From positions 3,922-67,921 of the forward strand of contig CACLWE010000001.1 of the NCBI GenBank assembly GCA_902610585.1: a stretch of DNA of 64,000 nt. Direction: 5' to 3'. Source of the DNA: an uncultured Pelagibacteraceae bacterium. GTDB lineage: Bacteria; Pseudomonadota; Alphaproteobacteria; Pelagibacterales; AG-422-B15. The notes below the pieces were generated by a model. The model saw nothing but the letters and a program-made list of their open reading frames with translations. It was not told the origin of the DNA and searched no databases. Shown piece after piece: positions 1 through 10,049 of the stretch (position 1 is its first letter; each line of letters begins with the position of its first letter). The position numbers were made by a program, and so were the translations under genes.

Positions 1-51
1 CAATATGTGGTTAGACTCTTTTATAGATAATTATTTTCTTAGAGATAAATC

Positions 52-345
52 ATGAACTCACTCATAATTCTTGTTGATCAAATTATAAATCTTTATACGT
101 GGGTATTAATCATTAATGTCATATTCAGTTGGTTAATTGCTATGAGTATTTTTAACACTCAGAATAGAATTATTATTGCTATTTATTTTGGAACAAAAAG
201 ATTAACAGATCCACTTCTTAACCCAATAAGAAATTTTCTTCCTAATTTAGGAGGGATTGATATATCACCAGTAGTCCTGATACTGATACTTTACTTTATT
301 AGAAACTTACTTTTCGAGTTTTTTTATGCGGGAATTCCAATCTAA
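52..345 (+). CDS. yggT: YggT family membrane protein
   Basis: 97-aa hydrophobic ORF with '[20 protein letters not shown]' YGGT signature, upstream of folD. Confidence 0.9.
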   Translation: MNSLIILVDQIINLYTWVLIINVIFSWLIAMSIFNTQNRIIIAIYFGTKRLTDPLLNPIRNFLPNLGGIDISPVVLILILYFIRNLLFEFFYAGIPI

Positions 346-347
346 AA

Positions 348-1235
348 ATGTCTGATAAAAAAATTATTGATGGTAAAGAAATCGCAGCTGATCTCAGAGC
401 TGAAACCGCTATCAAAGTTGAAGATTTTAAAAATAAATTTAATAAAACACCGACCCTTGCCGTTGTACTTGTAGGTGAAGATCCAGCAAGCCAAGTTTAT
501 GTTAATACAAAATCTAAAATGGCTAAAGAGATAGGAATGGATGTTGAAGATCATTTTCTGGATACCACTGTGTCTGAAGAAAAGCTTTTGGAATTAATTG
601 ATAAACTTAATAATGATCAAAAAGTAAATGGCATTCTTGTTCAATTGCCACTTCCATCACACATCGATTCAAGAGCCATTATTGATGCAATTGATCCGGT
701 AAAAGACGCTGATGGTTTTCATGCTGTAAATGTTGGCAGAAATTCAATAGGAGGAGACTTACTAAGTAAAACCTTTACTCCATGCACACCACTTGGATGC
801 TATTTAATGCTTAAGAAAAGTATTCCTGATTTAAAAGGGATGCACGCTGTAATTATTGGACGATCTAATATTGTTGGTAAACCAATGGCGCAACTGCTGC
901 TTGAAGAGTCATGCACCGTTACAATCGTTCATTCTAAAACTAGAAATATTGAAGAAATTACAAAACAAGCTGATATTGTTGTTGCAGCAGTTGGAAGACC
1001 ACTGATGGTTAAAAAAGATTGGATAAAAGAAGGTGCTATCGTTATTGATGTTGGAATCAATCGCGTTGATCATCCAGAAAACCCAGGCAAAACAAAACTC
1101 GTTGGTGATGTTGATTTTGATGAAGTATTAAGTGTAGCTTCAGCAATTACACCAGTCCCAGGCGGTGTTGGACCTATGACCATTGCATGTTTATTGAAGA
1201 ACACTGTTGATGCAGCTTTCAGACAGCAAGATTAG
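348..1235 (+). CDS. folD: Bifunctional methylenetetrahydrofolate dehydrogenase/cyclohydrolase
   Basis: 'IIDGK', 'YVNTK', 'GILVQLPLP', 'PCTPLG', 'GRSNIVGKP', '[11 protein letters not shown]'. Confidence 0.98.
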   Translation: MSDKKIIDGKEIAADLRAETAIKVEDFKNKFNKTPTLAVVLVGEDPASQVYVNTKSKMAKEIGMDVEDHFLDTTVSEEKLLELIDKLNNDQKVNGILVQLPLPSHIDSRAIIDAIDPVKDADGFHAVNVGRNSIGGDLLSKTFTPCTPLGCYLMLKKSIPDLKGMHAVIIGRSNIVGKPMAQLLLEESCTVTIVHSKTRNIEEITKQADIVVAAVGRPLMVKKDWIKEGAIVIDVGINRVDHPENPGKTKLVGDVDFDEVLSVASAITPVPGGVGPMTIACLLKNTVDAAFRQQD

Positions 1236-1259
1236 ATACTGTTTTGGAATTTGTCTTAT

Positions 1260-1436
1260 TTACTTTCTTAAATTTTGTTTTTCTCTTTTAAATATAAGAC
1301 GTGCACGATTTACAAGACCTGCAACACTTATTTCAGTTACCAACTCCCAACCCTCCGCACCTAATTTATTTAAATTTTCTTCAGCGCGTCTGGATGGAAA
1401 CTCATTATTTATAACTTTGTATTCCCATTTTCTCAT
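1260..1436 (-). CDS. DUF4177-like small protein (58 aa; not in ORF track)
   Basis: Read by hand: MRKWEYKVINNEFPSRRAEENLNKLGAEGWELVTEISVAGLVNRARLIFKREKQNLRK; WEYK...LNxLGxEGWELV...FKR pattern; starts 7 nt after the argG stop. Confidence 0.85.
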   Translation of the reverse strand: MRKWEYKVINNEFPSRRAEENLNKLGAEGWELVTEISVAGLVNRARLIFKREKQNLRK

Positions 1437-1443
1437 ATCTATA

Positions 1444-2637
1444 TTATTTTTTTTCTCTTAATCTTAGAGCGTTTAATTTTATAAAACCTTCAGCATCTTT
1501 TTGAGAATATACTTGATCTGATTCAAATGTTGCAAGACTTGGATTATATAGGCTTAAAGACGATTCCCTTCCTGTAATCATTGTATTACCTTTAAAGAGT
1601 TTAAGTCTTACTTTACCCTCCACTTTTTCTTGTGATTTATCAATCATTGATTGCATCATCTCTCTTTCAGGTGAGAACCAATAACCGTTATAGACAAGCT
1701 CGGCATATTTAGGCGCTAATTCGTCTTTCATATGCGCAGACTCTTTATCAAGTGTAATACTCTCTATTGCTCTGTGTGCGTGATAGAGAATGGTTCCACC
1801 AGGAGTTTCGTAAATTCCTCTTGATTTCATTCCAATGTATCTATTCTCAACAAGATCAACTCGTCCAATTCCATGTTTCCCACCAAGCTCATTAAGAGAT
1901 TTTAATATTTCAAACGGCGTTAAAGCCTTTCCGTTCAGTGCACAAGCATCACCTTTTTTAAATTCAATTGTTATTTCTTCTGCATTATCAGGTGCTTCTT
2001 CAGGTGAAACACTTCTGGTGTAAACATAATCAGGCGCTTCAATCCATGGATCTTCAAGAACCTTTCCTTCAGCAGAGGAGTGTAAAATATTTTCATCAAT
2101 GCTAAATGGTTGTTCCCCTCTTTTATCTTTTGCTATTTCAATCCCGTGCTTATCAGCGTATTCAACAAGTGATGTTCTTGATGATAAATCCCATTCTCTC
2201 CAAGGACTGATTATTTTTATATCAGGCTTATGATAATAGTATCCAAGCTCAAATCTTATCTGATCATTTCCTTTTCCTGTTGCACCATGGGATACCGCAT
2301 CAGCATTAATCTCATTTGCAATTTCTATTTGTTTTTTTGCTATTAGAGGTCTTGCAATAGAAGTGCCAAGTAAGTAGTAGCCCTCATAAAGTGGATTAGC
2401 TCTAAACATTGGGAAAACATAATCACTTACAAATTCTTCTTTAAGGTCTTCGATAAATATTTCTTTAGTTCCTTGCTTTTCAGATTTTGCTTTGACTAAA
2501 TCATAGTCTTCATCTTGACCTAGATTTGCTGTAAAAGTTGCCACTTCACATTGATACGTCTCTTTTAGCCACCTCAAAATGACTGAGGTGTCTAAGCCAC
2601 CTGAGTATGCAAGAACAACTTTATTTATTTTATCCAT
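1444..2637 (-). CDS. argG: Argininosuccinate synthase
   Basis: '[12 protein letters not shown]', '[14 protein letters not shown]', '[11 protein letters not shown]'; start placed at MDKINK (2637) rather than 2652. Confidence 0.98.
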   Translation of the reverse strand: MDKINKVVLAYSGGLDTSVILRWLKETYQCEVATFTANLGQDEDYDLVKAKSEKQGTKEIFIEDLKEEFVSDYVFPMFRANPLYEGYYLLGTSIARPLIAKKQIEIANEINADAVSHGATGKGNDQIRFELGYYYHKPDIKIISPWREWDLSSRTSLVEYADKHGIEIAKDKRGEQPFSIDENILHSSAEGKVLEDPWIEAPDYVYTRSVSPEEAPDNAEEITIEFKKGDACALNGKALTPFEILKSLNELGGKHGIGRVDLVENRYIGMKSRGIYETPGGTILYHAHRAIESITLDKESAHMKDELAPKYAELVYNGYWFSPEREMMQSMIDKSQEKVEGKVRLKLFKGNTMITGRESSLSLYNPSLATFESDQVYSQKDAEGFIKLNALRLREKK

Positions 2638-3727
2638 TTGCCCTGAGTTCACTTTTTCTAATTTTTATACTAGAGGATTTTAATTGACCACACGCAGCCA
2701 TAATATCTTGCCCCCTGGTTTTTCTAACTGGGCTTGCATAACCTGCATTTTTAATTATGTCACTAAATTTCTTGATATCTTCTTTACTAGAACATTCGTA
2801 CGGTGAATTAGGCCAAGGATTGAAAGGAATAAGGTTTATTTTTGCCGGAATTCCAGAAATTAGCTTAACAAGTTTACGAGCGTCTTGCGCTGTATCATTT
2901 ACTCCCTTTAACATGACATATTCAAAAGTTATTCGTTTCGAGTTTTTTGATCGAGGATATTCTCTGCATGCCTTTATGAGTTCTCTAAGAGGAAATTTCT
3001 TATTTATAGGAACAATATCATTTCTCAACTCATCGTTTGTTGCGTGCAATGAAATTGCCAATCTTGAGTCAACTTCATTACCCCATTTAATAATTTCAGG
3101 AACAATACCTGAAGTGCTCAGGGTAATTCTCTTAGTAGACAATTGTATACCCTCTTTGTCTCCCATAATTTCTGCAGCTTTTTTAACATTTTTATAATTA
3201 TAGAGAGGCTCTCCCATACCCATAAATACAATATTTGAAATTTTACGATCTTTTCCATTCGGCCAATCTGAAAGATTGTCCTTTGCCAAAAGAAGCTGTG
3301 AAATAATTTCACTAGATGTTAAATTTCGAACCAGTTTTTGAGTTCCGGTAAAGCAAAATTTACAGTTAAGTGTGCAACCAACTTGCGATGAAACACATAA
3401 CGTCCCTCGATTTTCTTCAGGTATAAAAACCGTTTCAATAAGATTGCCATCATTTAATTCCAAAAGCCATTTTTGTGTTCCATCTTTTGATATTTGATGT
3501 GATTTTACTTTTGGTCTTTGAATAATAAAACGATCTTTTAGTTTTTTTCTAAGGTCTTTTGAAACAGTCGTCATTTTGTCAAAATCGGTTTCACCTCTAA
3601 AATAAAGCCAATGCCAAAGTTGTTTGGATCTAAATGTTTCTTTAACTTGGATTAAGTCTTTCTTTATAAGAGTTTCAGATATTTCATTAAGACTTAAACC
3701 AATTAAGTCGAGTTTATCATCTGTCAT
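2630..3727 (-). CDS. rlmN: 23S rRNA m2A2503 / tRNA m2A37 methyltransferase
   Basis: '[15 protein letters not shown]' radical SAM motif, 'MGMGEP', 'AACGQL'. Confidence 0.97.
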   Translation of the reverse strand: MTDDKLDLIGLSLNEISETLIKKDLIQVKETFRSKQLWHWLYFRGETDFDKMTTVSKDLRKKLKDRFIIQRPKVKSHQISKDGTQKWLLELNDGNLIETVFIPEENRGTLCVSSQVGCTLNCKFCFTGTQKLVRNLTSSEIISQLLLAKDNLSDWPNGKDRKISNIVFMGMGEPLYNYKNVKKAAEIMGDKEGIQLSTKRITLSTSGIVPEIIKWGNEVDSRLAISLHATNDELRNDIVPINKKFPLRELIKACREYPRSKNSKRITFEYVMLKGVNDTAQDARKLVKLISGIPAKINLIPFNPWPNSPYECSSKEDIKKFSDIIKNAGYASPVRKTRGQDIMAACGQLKSSSIKIRKSELRANG

Positions 3728-3733
3728 TGTACT

Positions 3734-4252
3734 TTATGAGCAGGCTTTATCGATTGCCGCTAGTGCTTTTGTGAATCCTATTAAAGAATATGTATCTGTA
3801 ATTTTTGTTCCACGGCTTGAGGTGCTTTTAACTTTCACGCGCGCTCCATTTTTCATATCCTTAATGAGTTGTTTGCCGTTTTCTCCATCTGCCAACCAAG
3901 CTCTTGATTCAACTGTAAAAAATTTATACTTATTACTACCAATACTCACTTCGACCATGCTTTTGGGTTTAAACGTGAAACCTGTATCCACACTTGGCTC
4001 ATGAAAAGTCTTATCATCTTTGAAATTTGTGATCATCAGAGCATGCTCGCCTCGATTAAGATCGGACGGGTTTGTTGCTATCGGCTCTGATATGATATAA
4101 CAGATCTTTGCTGTGCCATCTTTAAATTCTTTAGCTTGCCATGCACCACTTTTGCCAAATGAGCCCAAATGCACGACATCAATTACTGCAAAAGCACTTA
4201 TTGAACTCAACAGTAAAATTGATAGAATAAGTTTGAAATTTACTAATTTCAT
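3734..4252 (-). CDS. Invasion-associated locus B (IalB)-like exported protein
   Basis: Signal peptide, 'CYIISEP', 'MKNG..V.V...SSRGT..TDTYSL.GFTKA...IDKAC'; usual position upstream of rlmN in alphaproteobacteria. Confidence 0.8.
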   Translation of the reverse strand: MKLVNFKLILSILLLSSISAFAVIDVVHLGSFGKSGAWQAKEFKDGTAKICYIISEPIATNPSDLNRGEHALMITNFKDDKTFHEPSVDTGFTFKPKSMVEVSIGSNKYKFFTVESRAWLADGENGKQLIKDMKNGARVKVKSTSSRGTKITDTYSLIGFTKALAAIDKACS

Positions 4253-4282
4253 AATCGCTAATTTATATCGAGATTCACAATT

Positions 4283-5302
4283 ATGAAAGCAATTGTTTGT
4301 AAAGAATTTGGCCCTCCAAGCTCACTAGTTTACGAAGATGTTGAGTTACCTGAACTCAAAAAGAGTCAAATACTGATAGATGTACACTCTGCTGGAGTCA
4401 ATTTTCCAGATACTTTAATCATTCAAGATAAGTATCAAGTTAAACCGCCGCTCCCTTTTTCACCAGGGGGTGAAATTTCAGGAGTCATAAGCGCAGTTGG
4501 AGAAAGTGTTACTGATTGGAAAGTTGGTGACGAAGTTGTGGCTATGATAGGCTTTGGTGGTTTTAGGGAACAAGTCATAACAAGTCCATCCAATATATTT
4601 CGAAAACCAAGTAGTATGGATTTTACCACCGCCTCTTGTTTTACATTAACTTACGGCACATCACACTACGCTCTTAAAAATCGTGGTCAACTTAAGGAGG
4701 GTGAAAATTTACTTGTCCTAGGTGCTGCAGGTGGTGTTGGTATATCAGCTGTCGAAATTGGAAAAGCAATGGGTGCCAGAGTTATTGCTGGTGCATCATC
4801 TGATGAAAAATTAGAAGTATGCAAAGAGTATGGAGCTGACGAAGTTATTAATTATGGAAAGTATGATTTAACCAATCGAGATCATGTGAAAGAATTTAGA
4901 GCAGAAATTTCAAAAGCAACGGGCGGTAAAGGACCAGATGTGATCTATGACCCGGTTGGGGCAGATTTCACAGAGCCCTCTTTACGAAGTATAGCATGGA
5001 ATGGACGCTTCTTAGTTATAGGTTGGGCAGCTGGGTATATTCCAAAAATACCAATGAATCTCTACCTAATTAAGGGCTGTTCTGCTGTTGGTGTATTTTG
5101 GGGTCAATTTACAGCTTTAGAGCCACAGGAGCATTTAGCTAACATGAACCAACTTACTGGTTGGTATGAAGAGGAAAAATTAAAAGCTCCAGTGACTGAA
5201 GTGCTGCCACTTGAACAAGGTCAACAGGCTTTGGAGACAATTCTAGCCCGTAAGGCTACTGGAAAAATAGCACTAACTACATCTTTTTATAAATCTCAGT
5301 AA
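4283..5302 (+). CDS. NADPH:quinone oxidoreductase (zeta-crystallin/MDR family)
   Basis: 'GVNFPD', 'PFSPGGE', 'LGAAGGVG', 'YDPVG'. Confidence 0.9.
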   Translation: MKAIVCKEFGPPSSLVYEDVELPELKKSQILIDVHSAGVNFPDTLIIQDKYQVKPPLPFSPGGEISGVISAVGESVTDWKVGDEVVAMIGFGGFREQVITSPSNIFRKPSSMDFTTASCFTLTYGTSHYALKNRGQLKEGENLLVLGAAGGVGISAVEIGKAMGARVIAGASSDEKLEVCKEYGADEVINYGKYDLTNRDHVKEFRAEISKATGGKGPDVIYDPVGADFTEPSLRSIAWNGRFLVIGWAAGYIPKIPMNLYLIKGCSAVGVFWGQFTALEPQEHLANMNQLTGWYEEEKLKAPVTEVLPLEQGQQALETILARKATGKIALTTSFYKSQ

Positions 5303-5303
5303 T

Positions 5304-5591
5304 TTACTTGGTTCTCTGGTTCATTTTTCTGGCCATATCTAAGTCCAGATCTGTCACTCCACCAGCATCGTGTGTTGATAAAGTAACTTCCACAGTACTA
5401 TAGACATTAAACCATTCCGGATGATGGTCTTTTTTTTCTGCATAGATTGCCATTGACGTCATCCACCCAAAAGCTTCTTGAAAGTTATCAAATTTAAATG
5501 TTTTTGTTATAGCGCTTCGGCCTTTGACTATCTTCCATCCAGACAATCTTTTTAATTTTTTAGTAAGTTCAGCTTTAGAGATTTTTTTCAT
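5304..5591 (-). CDS. phhB: Pterin-4a-carbinolamine dehydratase
   Basis: 'DHHPEWFNVY..V...LSTHDAGG.T.LD' signature. Confidence 0.95.
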   Translation of the reverse strand: MKKISKAELTKKLKRLSGWKIVKGRSAITKTFKFDNFQEAFGWMTSMAIYAEKKDHHPEWFNVYSTVEVTLSTHDAGGVTDLDLDMARKMNQRTK

Positions 5592-6646
5592 TATGGCGCT
5601 GGATTTGGAATTTCTTTATGAATACTTCTTATCTCATTGATAATTTCTTTTGTAATATCAAGGTCAACACTTTCTATACAGGTTTTTAATTGCTCCATTG
5701 TAGTCGCTCCAATAATTGTAGATGTAACAAAAGGTTGAATATTACAAAATTGAATCGCAAGTTGAGCGGGATCAATTTCGTATTTTTTTGCAAGATTTAC
5801 ATACATTTCAATTGCCTGTTGTGTTTTATCTCCCTTATATCTCATCATCAAAGGACCGTCGCCAAAGAGTGCAAGTCTTGAACCTTGAGGCATCTGTCCA
5901 CCTAAATATTTCCCAGTTAATGTTCCTTGTGCTAGAGGCGAGTAAGCAAGCAAGCCGACTTGTTCATGCATCGCTACTTCTGATAAACCAATTTCAAAAC
6001 CTCTATTGACCAAATTATAAGCATTTTGAATTGAAGCCACGCGCGGTAATGATTTAGTTTCAGCAAGCTCTAAATATTTCATCGTTCCCCACGGTGTTTC
6101 GTTAGATAAACCAATTTGCCTTACTTTGCCTTGCTTAACTAATTCACCAAGAGCTTCAAGAGTTTCCTCCAAAGGAATGGAGTCTGATGTATCAATATGT
6201 TTGTACTCAAGCCTTCCTGAAAACGCACCAAAAGGTCTATCGGGCCAATGAACTTGGTAGAGATCAATGTAATCTGTTTGAAGTCTTTTGAGACTTTGCT
6301 CAACTGCGTAGAAAACATGTTCTTTTGATAGTCGAGGAATTTCTTCATTTTCTCTAAGCCAGGACATCCCGGAACGGCCAGCTACTTTAGTAGCAAGTAC
6401 AACTTTGTCTCTGTTGCTTCTCGCTTTGAACCAAGTTCCAATATATTTTTCAGTTAAACCCTGAGTTTCAGCTTTTGTAGGAACAGCATAAATTTCAGCA
6501 GTATCGATAAAATTAACTTCATGGTCTAGAGCGTAATCTAGTTGATCGTGCGCATCGGCCTCAGTATTCTGTTCACCCCAAGTCATGGTTCCTAAACAAA
6601 TTAAACTTACATTAATATCAGATCTTCCGAGTTTTCTGTATTCCAT
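5591..6646 (-). CDS. tas: NADP(H)-dependent aldo/keto reductase (Tas-like)
   Basis: 'CLGTMTWGEQN', 'DTAEIY', 'DLYQVHWP', 'GLSNETPWG', 'LAYSPL'. Confidence 0.85.
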   Translation of the reverse strand: MEYRKLGRSDINVSLICLGTMTWGEQNTEADAHDQLDYALDHEVNFIDTAEIYAVPTKAETQGLTEKYIGTWFKARSNRDKVVLATKVAGRSGMSWLRENEEIPRLSKEHVFYAVEQSLKRLQTDYIDLYQVHWPDRPFGAFSGRLEYKHIDTSDSIPLEETLEALGELVKQGKVRQIGLSNETPWGTMKYLELAETKSLPRVASIQNAYNLVNRGFEIGLSEVAMHEQVGLLAYSPLAQGTLTGKYLGGQMPQGSRLALFGDGPLMMRYKGDKTQQAIEMYVNLAKKYEIDPAQLAIQFCNIQPFVTSTIIGATTMEQLKTCIESVDLDITKEIINEIRSIHKEIPNPAP

Positions 6647-6673
6647 TAATTATCCTCATAAAAATTTTCAGTT

Positions 6674-7693
6674 TTACCTATTATCCATTACATCCTGTAT
6701 TGATTTTCCCATATCAATTATAGTTTTTTCAAACGGTATAGGTGTCCATGAAAATACATCTACTGTTTGTGAGTTATCCATAGTTATTTTCTGATTTAAA
6801 AATGTCTTCATGGTCTTCATTTCAGCACTAAATAAAGCAAGAAATTTTACCACAAAGTCCGGAAGAGTTTTGGTTGTAACCTTTGGAAAACCATTAGTAC
6901 TTAATGTCTTAGCAATATCAAGTAAGGGAACTGACTCATTTGATGTGCAAGCAAAACGCTTTCCATTAGACTTGCTATTTTTAATTGCTTCAACTTGAAG
7001 TTTGGCTATGTCTCTAACATCGACATAATTCATATATATGTTTGGAACCGCTGGAATCTCTCTTGTAAGAAAACGCTTAATGGTATCAGTAGATGTTCCG
7101 CCAATATCATCACTTAATGAGGGCCCTAAAACAAAGGATGGATTAATAACGGTCATATCGAATATTTTTTCAGTTTGCGACTCCATAAAATCCCACGCTG
7201 CTTTTTCAGCTATCGTTTTACTTTTCACATAAGGTGTCACATTTTTTCCTTCAATATTAGTCCAATCATTATGATCAAAAACTTTATCTGGATCGTCGTG
7301 ACCATATTGTATTGCTGCAACCGACGACGTGAGTATTAATTTTTTAATATTTGCCTTTTTTGCTGCTTTAAGTGCTCTAATAGTACCTTCTTTTGCGGGG
7401 ATAATTACATCATTTTCATTTTTTGGTTCCTTAAAGGGAAATGGAGAGGCAACGTGTAAAACATAGCTACATCCAATCATTGCATCATTCCAGCCTTCAT
7501 CTTCATTTAGATTAAGCTGACAAAATTCGAGGTTATTTTTAGCATCTACCTCTTTAGCTATTGCCTGCCTTACTTCTGCTTCACGATTTTCAGAGCGTAA
7601 TGACGTTCTAACTGAGTACCCTTTTTTGAGTAATTCAGCTATGCAATGCTGGGCAATGTAACCTGAACCTCCCGTAACTAAAACTTTTTCCAT
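6674..7693 (-). CDS. NAD(P)-dependent aldehyde reductase (extended SDR, dihydroflavonol-reductase-like), copy 1
   Basis: 'VLVTGGSGYIA', 'HVASP', 'TSSVAA', 'YVKSK..AEKAAW'. Confidence 0.88.
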   Translation of the reverse strand: MEKVLVTGGSGYIAQHCIAELLKKGYSVRTSLRSENREAEVRQAIAKEVDAKNNLEFCQLNLNEDEGWNDAMIGCSYVLHVASPFPFKEPKNENDVIIPAKEGTIRALKAAKKANIKKLILTSSVAAIQYGHDDPDKVFDHNDWTNIEGKNVTPYVKSKTIAEKAAWDFMESQTEKIFDMTVINPSFVLGPSLSDDIGGTSTDTIKRFLTREIPAVPNIYMNYVDVRDIAKLQVEAIKNSKSNGKRFACTSNESVPLLDIAKTLSTNGFPKVTTKTLPDFVVKFLALFSAEMKTMKTFLNQKITMDNSQTVDVFSWTPIPFEKTIIDMGKSIQDVMDNR

Positions 7694-7701
7694 ATATTAT
7701 T

Positions 7702-8709
7702 CTACTTTCCAAGTATCTTACCCATGGATAGCGCCATGTCACTTATTGTTTTTTCAACTGGTATAGGTTCCCAGTTAAAAATAGAAACTGTTGAGCTGTT
7801 ATCAGTTTTATAACTACCTCTTTTGATATTTTTTAAAATACCTTTCATTTGTAAATTGAACAATGCAAAAACTCTTAATAAAAAGGTTGGTAAAATTTTA
7901 GTTGAAACTTTTTCAAAGCCACTATCTTTTACAATCTTTGCAATTTTTGTAATATGATAATCATTTGTTGAAGTTGTGAGTATTCTTTTACCATCGCTGG
8001 CTTCTGATTTAAGAGCCTTTACATGCAACATAGCTGTATCTCTTACGTCAGATATATGCATATATACATCAGGTAATGCAGGAATTTTTCCAAGTATCAG
8101 TCGAGCCATAAAACTAGCAGACGCACCCATGGTATCATTGCTTAATAGTGGACCCATGACAAAACCTGGATGAATAGTTGTCATTTTTAGATCTTTGTTT
8201 TCTGGTAAATTAATAAATTCCCATGCAGCTTTTTCAGCTAAAGTTTTACTTTTATTATATGCACCGACATCTTTATCTGTGTTGGTCCAATCATGACTGC
8301 TACAAATTTTTTGATTATGTCCGTAGGCAATAGCAACAATTGACGATGTAAGAACAACTTTTTTTATACCAGCTTTTTTTGCAGCTTTAAGAGCTCGCAT
8401 TGTTCCTTCTGTGGCTGGCTTTATGAGCTCATTTTCATTTTTTGGTTCTCCAACTATGAACGGCGAAGCTAAATGCATCACATAATCACAATCAGATGCA
8501 CAACTGTCCCAACCTTCATCGGACATTAGATCAAGTTTACAAAATTCTAAATTGTTGTCTGGTATTTCCTTTTTTACTGCTTCTCGTACTTCATTTTCTC
8601 TATTCATACTTCGTAGAGAACCCTTAACAGCATATCCATTTTTCAATAATTCAGTTATGCAGTGTAGTGCTATGTAACCTGATGCTCCTGTGACTAAAAC
8701 CTTCTCCAC
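7702..8709 (-). CDS. NAD(P)-dependent aldehyde reductase (extended SDR), copy 2
   Basis: 'VLVTGASGYIA', 'HLASP', 'YNKSK..AEKAAW'; GTG start with GGAG SD. Confidence 0.88.
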   Translation of the reverse strand: MEKVLVTGASGYIALHCITELLKNGYAVKGSLRSMNRENEVREAVKKEIPDNNLEFCKLDLMSDEGWDSCASDCDYVMHLASPFIVGEPKNENELIKPATEGTMRALKAAKKAGIKKVVLTSSIVAIAYGHNQKICSSHDWTNTDKDVGAYNKSKTLAEKAAWEFINLPENKDLKMTTIHPGFVMGPLLSNDTMGASASFMARLILGKIPALPDVYMHISDVRDTAMLHVKALKSEASDGKRILTTSTNDYHITKIAKIVKDSGFEKVSTKILPTFLLRVFALFNLQMKGILKNIKRGSYKTDNSSTVSIFNWEPIPVEKTISDMALSMGKILGK

Positions 8710-8829
8710 TAAAACTCCTAAGTATCTGTATTCATTTAATAAAATCTTGATAAATAATTACTTGTATTGATTACCTTTATAATTATGTATTAAAATATAT
8801 AAAATAATTTTTACAAGAGGTTTTTAAAC

Positions 8830-9564
8830 ATGGATTATCAAACTAGAGCTCAATCAACGCCAGCAATCGACGAAGGTCTAAGACAGTATATGATGAGTGT
8901 TTATAATTACATGGCATCTGGTTTGGCCTTAACAGGTTTGGTTGCATATATGTTATTTCAAGCAACCGCAGTAATGGGTCCAACAGGAGAAATTGTTGGC
9001 CTTACAAATTTGGGTGTGACCCTTTATACTGGTCCAATGATGTGGGTTGTTGCGTTAGCACCTCTTGGAATTGTGATGTATATGAGTTTTGGAATAAGAG
9101 GTATGTCTGCTTCTAGAGCACAGACAATGTTTTGGATATTTGCATTTTTAATGGGTTTATCACTCTCTACAATTTTCCTAACTTACACTGGTGCAAGTAT
9201 AGCTAGAGTATTCTTCATTACAGCAAGTACCTTTGGCGCAATGAGTATATATGGTTATACAACAAAAAGAGATTTAACTAATTTTGGATCATTTCTATTT
9301 ATGGGACTGATCGGAATTATAATTGCATCAATTGTAAATATCTTCATGCAATCACCTGCATTATATTATGGAATATCTATTCTTGGAGTTCTAATTTTTG
9401 TTGGTTTGACAGCTTACGATACTCAAAAGATAAAAAATATGTATATGGCATATGATAGCGGTGAAGTCGCTGCAAAGAAAGCTATTATGGGCGCATTAAC
9501 ACTTTATTTAGATTTTATAAATCTATTTATAATGTTGTTAAGACTTTTTGGCCAAAGAAGATAA
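8830..9564 (+). CDS. Bax inhibitor-1/YccA family membrane protein
   Basis: 'IDEGLR.YM..VYNYM', 'YGYTTKRDL', 'AYDTQKIK', 'GALTLYLDFINLF'. Confidence 0.95.
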   Translation: MDYQTRAQSTPAIDEGLRQYMMSVYNYMASGLALTGLVAYMLFQATAVMGPTGEIVGLTNLGVTLYTGPMMWVVALAPLGIVMYMSFGIRGMSASRAQTMFWIFAFLMGLSLSTIFLTYTGASIARVFFITASTFGAMSIYGYTTKRDLTNFGSFLFMGLIGIIIASIVNIFMQSPALYYGISILGVLIFVGLTAYDTQKIKNMYMAYDSGEVAAKKAIMGALTLYLDFINLFIMLLRLFGQRR

Positions 9565-9566
9565 GT

Positions 9567-9920
9567 TCAGGCGATACGTTTTACAGAAACTTTAAGATAT
9601 TTTGTAATATCTGAAAGATATTCACTTTCCTTGATTTTTTTATTATTAAAATCGATTAATGTGAATGTTATATGCTTTCCTCTATTTTTATTTTTAATTA
9701 TTCTTAAAAAAGCATTCTCGAAAGTACTGCGATAAATTGAAAAAACTGCATTGTATTTTCCATGATCTATTGCATAGTCTTTCCAATGTCCTTGGCTGAC
9801 TTTTTGTGCGTATACTGAAAGTATCAGATTAAGTTCGGTTTTATGAAAACTCGTAAATTTATTTCTTGATCGACTAGAGCTTTTGATGGTTTGGCCAGTA
9901 CTGATATTATGTATTGTCAT
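9567..9920 (-). CDS. DUF2794 family protein
   Basis: 'F.K.EL..IL.VY...V..G.WKDYAID.....AVFSIYR'; normally adjacent to yccA in alphaproteobacteria. Confidence 0.85.
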   Translation of the reverse strand: MTIHNISTGQTIKSSSRSRNKFTSFHKTELNLILSVYAQKVSQGHWKDYAIDHGKYNAVFSIYRSTFENAFLRIIKNKNRGKHITFTLIDFNNKKIKESEYLSDITKYLKVSVKRIA

Positions 9921-10001
9921 AGTTATCTTATGTTATCTTGAAAAATATGTAAAAAACACTGAAAATAGGGAAAATTTTTGAGATAACCTCACTTAAATTG
10001 C

Positions 10002-10029
10002 CTTGAATTTCGATGGATAATTCCAATAT
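10002..10029 (+). promoter_or_regulatory. Putative RpoH (sigma32) promoter of htpG
   Basis: CTTG-N17-CCAATAT, close to the alphaproteobacterial heat-shock consensus CTTG-N17-CYTATNT, 20 nt upstream of the htpG ATG. Confidence 0.65.
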
Positions 10030-10049
10030 AGTTTTTGAGAGTAAATATT

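Noticed and set aside
1207-1461. 84-aa plus-strand ORF
   Set aside because: Antisense to the DUF4177-like gene and overlaps both folD and argG
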